Source: Anthoceros angustus (taxonomy: Eukaryota; Plantae; Anthocerotophyta). From it: a stretch of 64,000 nt of DNA. The translations under genes and the position numbers were made by a program. The notes beneath the pieces are model-generated. The model was not told the origin of the DNA, did not search any database, and was given only the letters and a program-made list of their open reading frames with translations. Positions within the stretch are counted from its first letter, which is position 1, and the number at the start of each line of letters is the position of its first letter. Shown here one piece after another: positions 1 to 10,599 of the stretch. The stretch spans positions 1,798,001 to 1,862,000 of the forward strand of contig VJWM01000025.1 of assembly GCA_010909165.1 (NCBI GenBank), in the 5' to 3' direction.

Positions 1-626
1 CGTCCGCGCACTACTGGTCTTGTTCAGATGGGGTTTGGATGCAAAGCCATTCCGCTACAATGGCAGACCATGCTCCACAACGTGGAGATTTGGAATGGCA
101 GCGGCTTCAAGGTTTTGGTTCACCATCACGTGTCGTGCACGACAATGTGCTGTCGCGTATATGGGTAAACAAGGAATGAGTAAAAGGATTGCGGCTGGTG
201 GTCATCCACCCGTTTCGATTTACCAATCGCCGCTTTGATTGTCAATGAGCAAATGTTTGACATCCCTCTGTGAAGAGTGCCAATGCTCAAACATGAATCT
301 TTGGAGGGCTAGCGGCGAAGAGGCCACGTTGACAGCAGGATAGCACCGAGCGACCCGCCCCGACTATCCGTGTCGAGGTTGGTGTGCGGACATGTATGCC
401 TCACTACAAGTCAAAGCACAAATCATTCTTCACGAGTCCAACAAGTAAACGCAACTATGCTTGTCAATCGGGTCCTCCACGCATCCCACCAAACGATTCG
501 GATGCTAGATATTGTTTGGTTGTCCACCCATGCGCTGGCCTCGTACATCCACCTCCCTCCAAACACATGCATTCACCGCCATCGCTGAAGTTAGACTTTC
601 TCTCCGGCAGCAAAGCGGTATCAAAG

Positions 627-3115
627 CGATATCACTTGAAGTTGAATCCCTATCCATAACAACCACCCGATCCCCGGTGACGGCGGTCCATCCGGGTCCG
701 AGCTGCGTATAAATCACACTGCACTACCCGTATTTCCAAGTAATTCCTCACCGCGTGAATTGTATTGGCGCAAGATGCGCCGGAGGAGGATGTCGAGCAC
801 ATGCGCCACGGTCCTCTCCACCCCCACTTATTGCTCTCATCCAACCCGCTCCCCACGGCCGTGATCGCTGCTCCCGTCTCCTTACTTCCCTGCCACACCC
901 GTGGACCCCATAAGCCCGGCCTGCGCCTTACACGACCTCCCATCGGGAACATCCTTCCGAAGGCAGAGGAGGCCGTGGAGTGGCGGAATCCAGACCGAAT
1001 TGCGCCCAATTCCACCTGCTGCTCGGATCCAAGGCCTACCCCGCGGTGCGATGAATTAGGGCATCCGGTGACAAACCCCGCCGGCCAAGCCCACGAGGCT
1101 CGTCATCCTGCGGGCGCAGCTGCCTCCGCCTTCCCACACGCTCCAATTCCCTCCCGGCCCCTACCATGCACACGCACCTTCCAGAACCTCCGCCACCACG
1201 AGTCCGCGCGATCTCCCCAGCCGCACCCTCGGCCGGCCGCCGCCGGTGGACTCCCAGCTGACGGCGTGAAGGGAAGGGCCCCGGCCCGCTCCCGAGGAGC
1301 AGAGCAGCGGCACCAGCGTGGATCTGCGAGCCGACAAGCCTCCCGCCGCATCACCGCCGCGCCACGGTAGTCGGAGAGGCACCGGCCGGAATCGAGAGAG
1401 CTGAGACCGTGGAGTGGCGGAGTCGCAGGCCAGCCGGGCGGTAATTCCGATGCCGGCGTCGCGGTGGCGGCGGCACCAGCGTGGATCTGCGAGCCGACAG
1501 AGGAGGCCGTGGGAGTGGCGGAGTCGCAGGCGGAGTCGGATCGTGGCGATGCCGATGCCAAGGCGATTTGGGTATTGGTGGTGTGCGGGTTCCGTGTCTC
1601 GAGTCCCGACATAGCCAGCCACCATTTCGGATTTACCAAGTGGATAAGTAAGCCTTCGAAGGCAGAGGAGGCCGTGGCGCCGGACGTCCGATGCTCGCAG
1701 CGATTCCGGAAAGCGGATATTACTTCCCTTGCTCCTTGCGTTTTCTATTCCATACGATTCGAGTGTGTACAAGTGGATATGTTGGTTTGAAATTACTAGG
1801 ATATTTATACTCAAATTCATGGTTCCTTGGAACACGATTTTTTAAATAGCATTGGCGTGCGCTTACTTGCAGCCGATATCACTTGAAGTTGAATCCCTAT
1901 CCATAACAACCACCCGATCCCCTACAGAGAGCATCCATCCGGTCCCGAATCACAGATCGTCATACCGCAGTACCGACGGCACCTCACACCAAAGGAATTA
2001 TGTTCAAGATCCGCCGATGAGGAGGAGGGATGTCGAGCACATGCGCCACGGTCCTCTCCACCACTTATTGCTCTCATCCAACCCGCTCCCCACGGCCGTG
2101 ATCGCTGCTCCCGTCTCCTTACTTTCAATGCCACCCGTGGACCCCATAAGCCCCACACCGGCTCACGACCTCCCATCGGGGAACATCCTTCCGAGCGGCA
2201 CCAGCCGGGCGGCATGGAATCCGAATTGCGCCCAATTCCACCTGCTCGGATCCAAGGCCTACCCAGCAGCTGATGAATTAGGGCATCCGGTGACAAACCC
2301 CGCCGGCCAAGCCCACGAGGCTCGTCATCCTGCGGGCGCAGCTGCCTCCCGCCTTCCCACACGCCTCCAATTCCCTCCCCCTACCATGCACACGCACCTT
2401 CCAGAACCTCCGCCACCACGAGTCCGGGCGATCTCCCGCCTTCCCACACGCCTCCAATTCCACCTCCCGCCACCACGAGTCCGGGCGATCTCCCCGGCCG
2501 CAGCAGTTAGCTGTAGGGAAGGGCCCCGGCCCGCTCCCGAGGAGCAGAGCAGCGGCACCAGCGTGGATCTGCGAGCGAGCCCAGACATCACCGCCAGCAG
2601 CTGCAGTGGAGTCGGAGAGAGGAGGCCGGAATCGAGAGAGCTGAGACCGTGGAGTGGCGGAGTCGCAGCCGGGGCGCAGCTGCCTCCCGCCACCACGAGT
2701 CCGGGCGATCTCCCCGCACCCTCGGCAGAGCCGACGCGCAGGGTAGGAGCGCGCAAAGAAAGTAGAAGGCGCGGTCGAGTCGGATCGTGACGCCGCGGCG
2801 CCGATGCGCGCTGCGTGTTGGTGGTGTGCGGGTTCCGTGTCTCGAGTCCCGACATAGCCAGCCACCATTTCGGATTTTACCGGCGGGATAAGTAAGCCTT
2901 CCGAAGGCAGAGGAGGCCGTGGCGCCGGACGTCCGGCGTTACCGCAGCACCGGAAACGGATATTACTTCCTTGCTCCTTGCGTTTTCTATTCCATACGAT
3001 TCGAGTGTGTACAAGTGGATATGTTGGTTTGAAATTACTAGGATATTTATACTCAAAGCTCTGCCTTGGAACACGATTTTTTAAATAGCATTGGCGGGTA
3101 CCGCTTGCAGCCGAT
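627..3115. repeat. Tandem duplication of a ~1.25 kb GC-rich, probably TE-derived unit (627-1873, 1874-3115)
   Basis: Both copies start CGATATCACTTGAAGTTGAATCCCTATCCATAACAACCACCCGATCC and end GGAACACGATTTTTTAAATAGCATTGGCG; copy 2 has internal re-duplications and many small indels. Confidence 0.85.
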
Positions 3116-3491
3116 GTATAAAATAGCCTTGATCATTATTGTTGGTCAAGGCGGGTTTGGAGCAGGCATATATTGATTACTAACGGTACAAATGTGCCGA
3201 TTAAAATATATTGCCCGATGTGGCTGGATTTTACGTTAAAAACAGCGAAAAAGGCTTTTTTTTTCAACCAGGTTCAATCCCAAGGAGCTTCGAGCAGGGT
3301 CCGTTGGCATGAGGAACCAGTAAAAGGTGCTTTTCACAAAGGTGGGCCCATTGAAGAGTGTGTTTTTTGGGTCTTGTTTGGGGGCAAACCCTTAAAAGAG
3401 GGTTCCATTTTCATTTTAGAGGTCACAGTTGGCCTAAACGACCTCGGTCTTTAAAAAGTGGAGCCTGTCTCTACTTCTTAAGAGACCTTGT

Positions 3492-3962
3492 TCATTGTCG
3501 GAAGTATGCTGTGAAGTACGAGAGCGACAGCCACGCACCGTGTCTATGCGCATAGTAAGCTTTGGCACAGGACTTGACAAATATTGCCCCATACGTTTCT
3601 AGTGCATGCGGAATAAAGAGGTGGCCAGCTTGTATCCTGCTATATTTGCGGACCTTGAGAGCCGCTACTCCGGCAGCAGCCCAACCTGAACGGTTAGTGA
3701 TGATTTGAGCGGAGATGGTGTCTCGTGTAGGATCGGTAACCACCACATCCGCCATGTAAACCCGGGTCGCCACGGACAAGGTGCAGTCACCGATTGAACG
3801 ACTGTCGAGAGTATACACCCGCTCCCTCCAGGTCATGTAGTCGCTTTCGCGAGCGATGGTGAACATGACATCGCAGATGGCGTCGTGAGTGGCAATGCGA
3901 TGACCCCCGTGGGGACAACGAGCAAGGTGTACCCCGGAATCATCGAGGGCAGAGCCGCAGTC
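3492..3962 (-). mobile_element. C-terminal fragment of an RLE-type (CRE/R2-superfamily) non-LTR retrotransposon: zinc knuckle plus restriction-like endonuclease
   Basis: Translation CGSALDDSGVHLARCPHGGHRIATHDAICDV...ADVVVTDP...AALKVRKY...FIPHALETYG fits the C..H..C knuckle, HD, D-V-x-V-x-x-P, K-x-x-KY and F-x-P-x-x-x-ET-x-G motifs of RLE domains. Confidence 0.8.
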
Positions 3963-4659
3963 GCTGAAGCATACAACTGATATTACTTACAAATAATAGA
4001 AGTGTTAAAACTTCATCATCTCACTCTTGATGAATCAATAGTGAGATGATCGGCTCCTCTTTATAGCAGGTTTCCACCCACATCGCAACCGACCCTTCAC
4101 CCGTGCCATTCTTGCTTCCCTTCGCCCTTCATGAGTTCCGGCTTTCTAGGAACCAAACCAGATTAGTGTTTCAGAAAACCAAACCAGATTCCCCATCATT
4201 GGTTAATTAGGTAGTCACTCAACTTAGATGGCTGTTGTTTACGAGGTGGTATGAAATATCTCCCCTTTCTGTCCTCCAAGAGCTCCAAGTCCTTTAAGGC
4301 ATGATGCCCTTTGTTTGATTTTGGACCTTTTATGCTATAAATAATAATAATATAAAAAATAACAATAATAACCCCTGTTGTGTTACCTACTTGCTACGGT
4401 GTATCTTGAGCTGTTCATGGACGTTTTGCTTGGAAAGCAAGTTTATGGGCTAAAATGCCACAGCAATGGCGGCTGCGATTGTGTGCTTCTAAGCACGTGC
4501 TAGCTCACAGAAAGCAACACACACGGGAGACTCCCCTCATAAGATGTAATCCGACATGCACTGAAAGTTAAGTATGTCAGCGTCTCATACTGCAAATCCG
4601 GCAGTGCAAGGACTGGGATGCTGTGGCATGACACATGGAGGGGCCCGCGAGGAGACGAC

Positions 4660-5160
4660 GCCCCTAAGTTTACTATGGCTGCAACTGAAAACCTGAAACT
4701 TACCACGGCTGCGAAGCTGCATAGCTGCAACTGAAAACCTGAAATTTACCATGGCTGCATAAGCTGCAACCTGCAATCTACCAATGGCGGCATACCTGCA
4801 ACTTGAGATTAGCCATGGCTGTAGAGCTCCAGCCTGAATCCTGAAATTACCATGGCCACATACCTGCAACCTCGAACCTGAAACTTACCATGGCCGCATA
4901 GCCGTAACCTCAAACCTGAAACTTACCATGGCTACATAGCTGCAACCTCAAACCTGAACGACTTACCATAGCTGCATAGCCCCATAGTTGCATAGTTGTA
5001 TAGCTGCATAGCTGCATAGCTGCATAGCTGCATAGCTGCATAGCTGCATAGCTGCATAGCTGCATAGCTGCATAGCTGCAACCTGAAACCTGAAGGACTT
5101 ATCATGGCTGCATAGCTGGAACCTGAAACTGAAATTCACCATGGCTGCATACCTGCTTCC
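4660..5160. repeat. Minisatellite (~38 bp unit CTGCAACCTCAAACCTGAAACTTACCATGGCTGCATAG) with an embedded (GCTGCATA)n 8-mer run at ~4970-5080
   Basis: Directly visible; a shorter version of the same motif lies at ~6370-6470. Confidence 0.9.
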
Positions 5161-5589
5161 TAAGACTGTGAGATTCGTTACATCCACTCTCCAAAAATCC
5201 AGTGGCTGAAGGTCTTCGGAACCTCGTCCACCCCATTTACAAGTACGCTCACCACAGCTCCGTCAAAGTACGCGTGCCATCGCGAGCTGAAGCTGCAAGA
5301 ATTCCAGACACCGAATGTAATAGTCGATCAATTTGAGTCCAATGAGGTTTCCATTCCAGCACAGGAAGAGAAATGCATGACCAATTCAAGGAGTATGCGG
5401 GAGCTTGAGATGCAAACAGCACTTTCAAGAACGGCAGTCATTCCTGGAGCAACACTTAAAGGAATGATGTCATTCCTCGGTGCTTGAGAAGTGATTCTAG
5501 CAGTTTGCCAGGTGAGCAAAACTTCAACGAATGATGTCATTCCTCGGTCTTAGAGGAATGATTCAAGTCACTTTTCCAGGGTTGAAGAC

Positions 5590-5710
5590 TTGGGGCTCAA
5601 GTTGTTATCGCCTCTCATTGAAGGCCAGATTTCGGTGGTCTCCTTGGAGGATTGGGGGCCTTGCGGACGAACTTCAGCACTTCTTCGGCCCGCAAGTCCT
5701 CCCCGCAGTG
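5590..5710 (-). pseudogene. HMA-domain gene remnant (last exon)
   Basis: GEDLRAEEVLKFVRKA..KETTEIWPSMRGDNNL with a frameshift; paralogous to 6797-7149. Confidence 0.7.
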
Positions 5711-6796
5711 TTCATGGCTTCCATAAAACTTGTAGTCCATCATGTTTAAACTTGGACCACGGAGGAGCACTCCCCAAACGGAAGCGCACAACTATGTACA
5801 ACCTAATCTTACCAAGCCAACGGACTGTTTACACTTTCATCGGGTGAGACCGCGATGACCCATATGTGGGATCTTCTTGGAATACCGAAAGCAGGTGCGT
5901 AACTTGCACCCACAAGTGGAGATTTTGCATACTTCAAAATACTGCTGTGATCCACTTGGTACTCTCTATCTTCAGTTGTCGGGGACGCTTCGCTTGGGAA
6001 CCAAGTTGATGGGGTAAAATGCTACAGCAGCAAGGGCGGCTGTGATTGTATGCTTCTTAGCCCGTGCTAGCGTCTGTCTCCTCCGCCATAGATATCACCT
6101 TCTCTTCTTGTCCTGTACATCCGTAATGTAACATACCGCAAAATTCTGTGGTGAGATTCGAGAGAGTCGAACATTCGGAAACTCATCTGAAGTAGGAACC
6201 GAGCTCTGCAGAGACAGCGACATTGACTCCCCCAATCCGACATGTACTGTACATTTGTCATTGTGTCATCAGACTGCAAATTCGTCACTGCAACGAGGGG
6301 GATGCTCTGATTACCTGGTACCAGAAGTTGGCATGACACGCGCAGGGGGCCGGCCGGGGACGGCACCCCAAATTTACTACGGCTGCATAGCTGCAACCTG
6401 AAATCTACTATGGCTGCATAGTGGCAACCTGACATTTACTACGGCTGCATCTATCGGTGCAACCTAAGTGAGATTAATTGCATCCGGTATCAAAAACACC
6501 CAGATTAGCAATGTCTGTGATGTACTACATACATAATTGTACAGCATTGCCAGAACAGCACCGTCCTGGGAATCGCATCCACCCCATTTACAAGTACCCT
6601 GACTCCAGCTCCGTCAAAGTGAGCGTAGCCCATCGCGAGCTAGCTGCAAGAAATTTGCAGACATCGAGTTAATGGTTGATTGAGCCCCTGGAGTCAGGTT
6701 TGCATCCAGCACTGCAAGCAGAGCGAATTTTTGAAACACAAGTGCATGACAAGTTGACAGCGTGTGTGGGAACCTCAAATGCAAACAGCACAAGTT

Positions 6797-7149
6797 TCAA
6801 GAACGGCGCTCATTTCTCAAGTTGTTATCGCCCCTCCTGGAAGCTGGCCAGAACTCGGTAGTCTTTTTGGAGGCCTTGCGGACGATCTTAATCACTTCTT
6901 CCGCCCGCAAGTCCTCACCAGTTACAGTCACCTTCCTTAGCTCTCTGTCCACCGTGAACGAGGTGAAATCTGCACGTGTACAGCCAAGTGTGGGTATCGG
7001 GCACGATCAGTTGGAGCGGGATGCCTTCAAGCTTGGTACCAAAACTAGTCTGTTGGTGCTCCAGCTAGCTCACCGTAGTCTTTGGACAGAGCGTCCCTCA
7101 CTCTGTTCTCGCACGCCTCGCAACACATGAGGCATTTCAGCTCCACCGT
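6797..7149 (-). pseudogene. HMA-domain (heavy-metal-associated) gene; last two exons intact, 5' exons not found
   Basis: TVELKCLMCCEACENRVRDALSKDY | GT-AG intron | FTSFTVDRELRKVTVTGEDLRAEEVIKIVRKASKKTTEFWPASRRGDNNLRNERRS*; MxCxxC motif present. Confidence 0.8.
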
Positions 7150-8272
7150 CTGCTCAACACACTGCGGCCGTCAGTTTCCAGGCTTTACAAGGTTTGACGG
7201 TAACAGCGAACGTTTGCAAGCGGGATATGGCATTTCAACGGGGACCTGGAAGGCAGCAATTTCAAGAGGACTTCACAACCTACCACAGAATTGCTCCTCC
7301 TGTTGTCAATGCTACCGGCGCAGTCATATCTGTAGTCGGAAGCATATGGATCATGCCAGCGCGCGGCGCGCGCGTTATCGTAAGGTGCATAGAAGAACTG
7401 CCCAAATTTATGGAACAAGTCCGACGTCAGAAGGGCCTGACGCTGGAAACTGGTCACAAACGTGTGACACTCCAAGGTCTGGCCATGAAAGGAGAATGCA
7501 GGCAGGCAAGCGCAAGCTTCCAAGGCAGGAAGAGGGAATGGCGGGACGGGGCCAGCTATGCTGTTTACAAGAGGAAGGCGGGAGCATCCAGATTGACAAA
7601 AACTTGTACCAACATCCTGCAAAGAGCGCATTGAAGAGCCCGGGGAAAAAGGTTTTGAAAGCAGAGCAGCAAAGGAAAGAAAAGAAAAGGAGAGCAGCAA
7701 AGCAAAGAATCACAGCACAGCACGGCAGAAGTCCAAGGGCATGAAGGAAAGCTTTGCGAGCTCCAGACATGACAATAACCTGATACAGGGCCCACGCCTC
7801 GAAACTCATGGTGTCTGAGTTCAATTGGCCTGTCGCTGCTGGATGTGCTGGGCCGAAGCTGCGTGGCACTGCGCCAACCCGCTGGCCATGGCGCATTGCA
7901 AGGGGCGAGAGGGAAGGGGGGAGCTTGCGAGTGAGGCAAGAATGAAGGCAGCGTTCTTTCATGAAAAGAGAGCAAGCGCTCCCGGTAGCCGGGCGGCCAA
8001 GGGAATCTCCCAAGTTTGTCCTACCGTGAAGGCAGAGCAACCAGCACTAGCTGGTCGGTTGCCCGGTGAATTGACACATGCTCTTCCGACCACGTCATTA
8101 CTTCGCATAAGTGCACTTCACAAGCCTGAGATGCTTGATGTTGACAAGTCCAAACCCCTGCACAGTGGCGGCCAGGACCAGCTCTACTCGGTGCCGGTAG
8201 TTGAATCGAATGGGTGGTCCGTTGCGCTTCGCACTTATGTCTGTTTGTATAATTTCAGTAGCCTGTGCTGAA

Positions 8273-8376
8273 TTATGCGTATGAGTCAAGTCATGGAAGC
8301 ATATTACTTTGCGCCAGGCTAGAGTTATGCGTATGAGTCAAGTCATGGAAGCATATTACTTTGCGCCAGGCTAGAG
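8273..8376. repeat. Perfect 52 bp tandem duplication
   Basis: TTATGCGTATGAGTCAAGTCATGGAAGCATATTACTTTGCGCCAGGCTAGAG x2. Confidence 0.95.
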
Positions 8377-8399
8377 CACCGGCAGAACAGGGGAGCGTG

Positions 8400-9220
8400 G
8401 CCGAAGCTTTCACCAGAGCAGCGGACAACGTTCGAGGAAATGGTGCCCAAGAAATCGATGGCGGAAGCACTCACTCCATAGACCTTGGTGGAGCGTAACA
8501 TCACCACCAAGCACTACCTGGATTTCGGTCCTTGGCTCTAGGAGGCAGGGGAGTTGGTGACGGAGTTGTACTTGGACATGTTCCAGGCAGTGTGGACATT
8601 CGACAGCGTCGCCTTGGTCCAAGAGTACGCCCGGAAGTTGCTGGCAGCGGCGCGAAGGGAGGTCCGCTCCAAGAGCGTGAAGGAGGACCCGGGGCGGTGG
8701 ACAATGGAGGCGTTCCAGGAAGTTTGTAGTCGGCCTGCGGAGGAAGTGGACAGCATTGTTCTGGAGCCCTCAACTTCTCCTTTGAGGAAGGCGATGCTGC
8801 TCCTAAGGGCGGACACGCAGAAGGCGTCTAATGGGTGCTTGATGTCGAGCCTGAAGGACCGACGCATCAGGGCAGTGGCGAAGATGTTCGTCCACTGGAA
8901 TATGCTGACCAAGGTGGACCACCTTGGGGATAATTAATTTGCTGGTGTTCCTACATGCACTCCTAAAGGGGAAACTGTCTGACTGAGGCCGCATAATTTT
9001 CGCTAGGGTGCAGCATGAAGCGAAGAAGCTGCACCAAGAACGCCCGCCTCCGTCAAGGTTGTCCCCATTCATTCTACATGTGTGGGGGCACTTCAACCTC
9101 CTGAGGGATGGCGAGGAGGAGCGCGCACTCCGCCAGGGACTAACTCTCCTGCCCACACCTGGAGAGGACGAAAGTGAGGAGGAAGGCAGTGGCGGAGAGG
9201 CCAAGGAAGGGGGGAGCTAG
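8400..9220 (+). mobile_element. Degenerate accessory ORF resembling putative plant transposon proteins of large retroelements
   Basis: Intronless broken ORF ...LVQEYARK...WTMEAFQEV...LHALLKGKLSD*GRIIFARVQHE...LSPFILHVW followed by an acidic tail; stops and frameshifts. Confidence 0.45.
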
Positions 9221-10599
9221 GAGAGGACGACTGCGAGGGTGTCCCCGATGGAATCCAATTAGAGTGGACTCCCTCTCCGCCGAGGGAATGCTTGAAGGAA
9301 ATTTCTGCCTCCTGCTGACCTTGGAGCCCTCTGTGGTCGCCACACCAAGATCGTGATGGCAGAACAGCCAAAGATAGGGTTTGTCTCCAAACCCCATTTT
9401 GGCCCCAACCATCCAGAAATGCACATGTCTCATTTCACTGCGTGATTTGCGAACCAGCCCATGCATCCGAGCCCAAGGAAGACCTAATGTGCCCACCGTC
9501 CGCACAAATGGCGGACACACCTTTGTACCAAGTGGCGGATGATCATGACTTATGCTCCAAAGAGCCGGAGTGCACCAACGTCCGGCACTTATACTCCAAA
9601 GAGGTGCAATACACCGGGTTTGGAGAGGGTTGCGTCAATACTTGTGTAGGCAAGCACTTTCGTTCAAGTTGCTTGTGCACACTTGCCACCGCACCAACAC
9701 TCACATCAATTCTCTTTTCAAACCCGTGATTGAGCAATCCTGCACGGGCAGCATACCGTGACCCGGCCCCTCCGTGTCGAGATAAGCCGCACTTAGATCT
9801 GCGGCATTGGGCCCGAGAATTGGACAAGGTAAAGGATGGTGAGGCCTCCTCAACCGTTCTTGATCAAACTCTTGAGCTTACATTTCTTCTTGTCAAGTCC
9901 GTCGCTTTCAACCTTAATCTATCCATGGGTGGCACATGGAGCAAGTCGATCTTAAATTCAAAATCTCTGGCGAAGCTTGGCTATAGTTGTCTCGAACACC
10001 TAGTTGCGCCCACATGTAGTGGGCGTCACGGTGGGTATAGATAGGTCCTCCTTGAGCCTCACGAAATACTCGCCATTTTGGTCAAAACCCCACTCGGGCG
10101 ACCAGCCCTCTTTCTTCAGATACTCTGGCTCTCACTAGGGCTCGCGGTGGCAGGCGGATGCTCTCTTATGCTTGTGTTCGATCGCATCCGATGTGCTTTC
10201 ATTACTCAAGGAAAAATCATCTATTCTATTTATTTTCTTGCTTCTCGCAAAACATTGTGAAACATTGTCGCCTTCAAAAGGTTGGCCATTAGAAACCACC
10301 ATCATACATGTCGAATTTTGGAAAATGTAGCTCATCTAGAAACCAAGGCCTATGCATCTATCGTGCATCAAACTCGAATGAGCGGACATTTGGCGCACCA
10401 ATCAAAGAGATCCAGCAAGTCATCGGAAGGGCACATAGAGTAAGGCCAAAAGGTTTACATGTTGTATACAAAGCGAATGTGGGAATATAACATCAACCAA
10501 CAAATGATTTTCAAAAATAATATTCATGACTTTACGCCTAGATACCGGATGATTTACAAATTTTTCAAACCACTAAAATCAACACTCCATCCTAGTATT

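Larger units (their letters stand above)
4380..7150. repeat. Old diverged tandem duplication (~4380-5850 vs ~5950-7150) of an HMA gene 3' part and its downstream region
   Basis: Collinear homologous blocks, e.g. 4401-4504 vs 5967-6071, 5228-5310 vs 6577-6665, 5597-5705 vs 6817-6917. Confidence 0.8.

Noticed and set aside
765-2868. Long overlapping GC-rich ORFs on both strands (also 37800-38900 and 41780-42570)
   Set aside because: Low stop density in GC-rich repeats; frames are not conserved between duplicate copies
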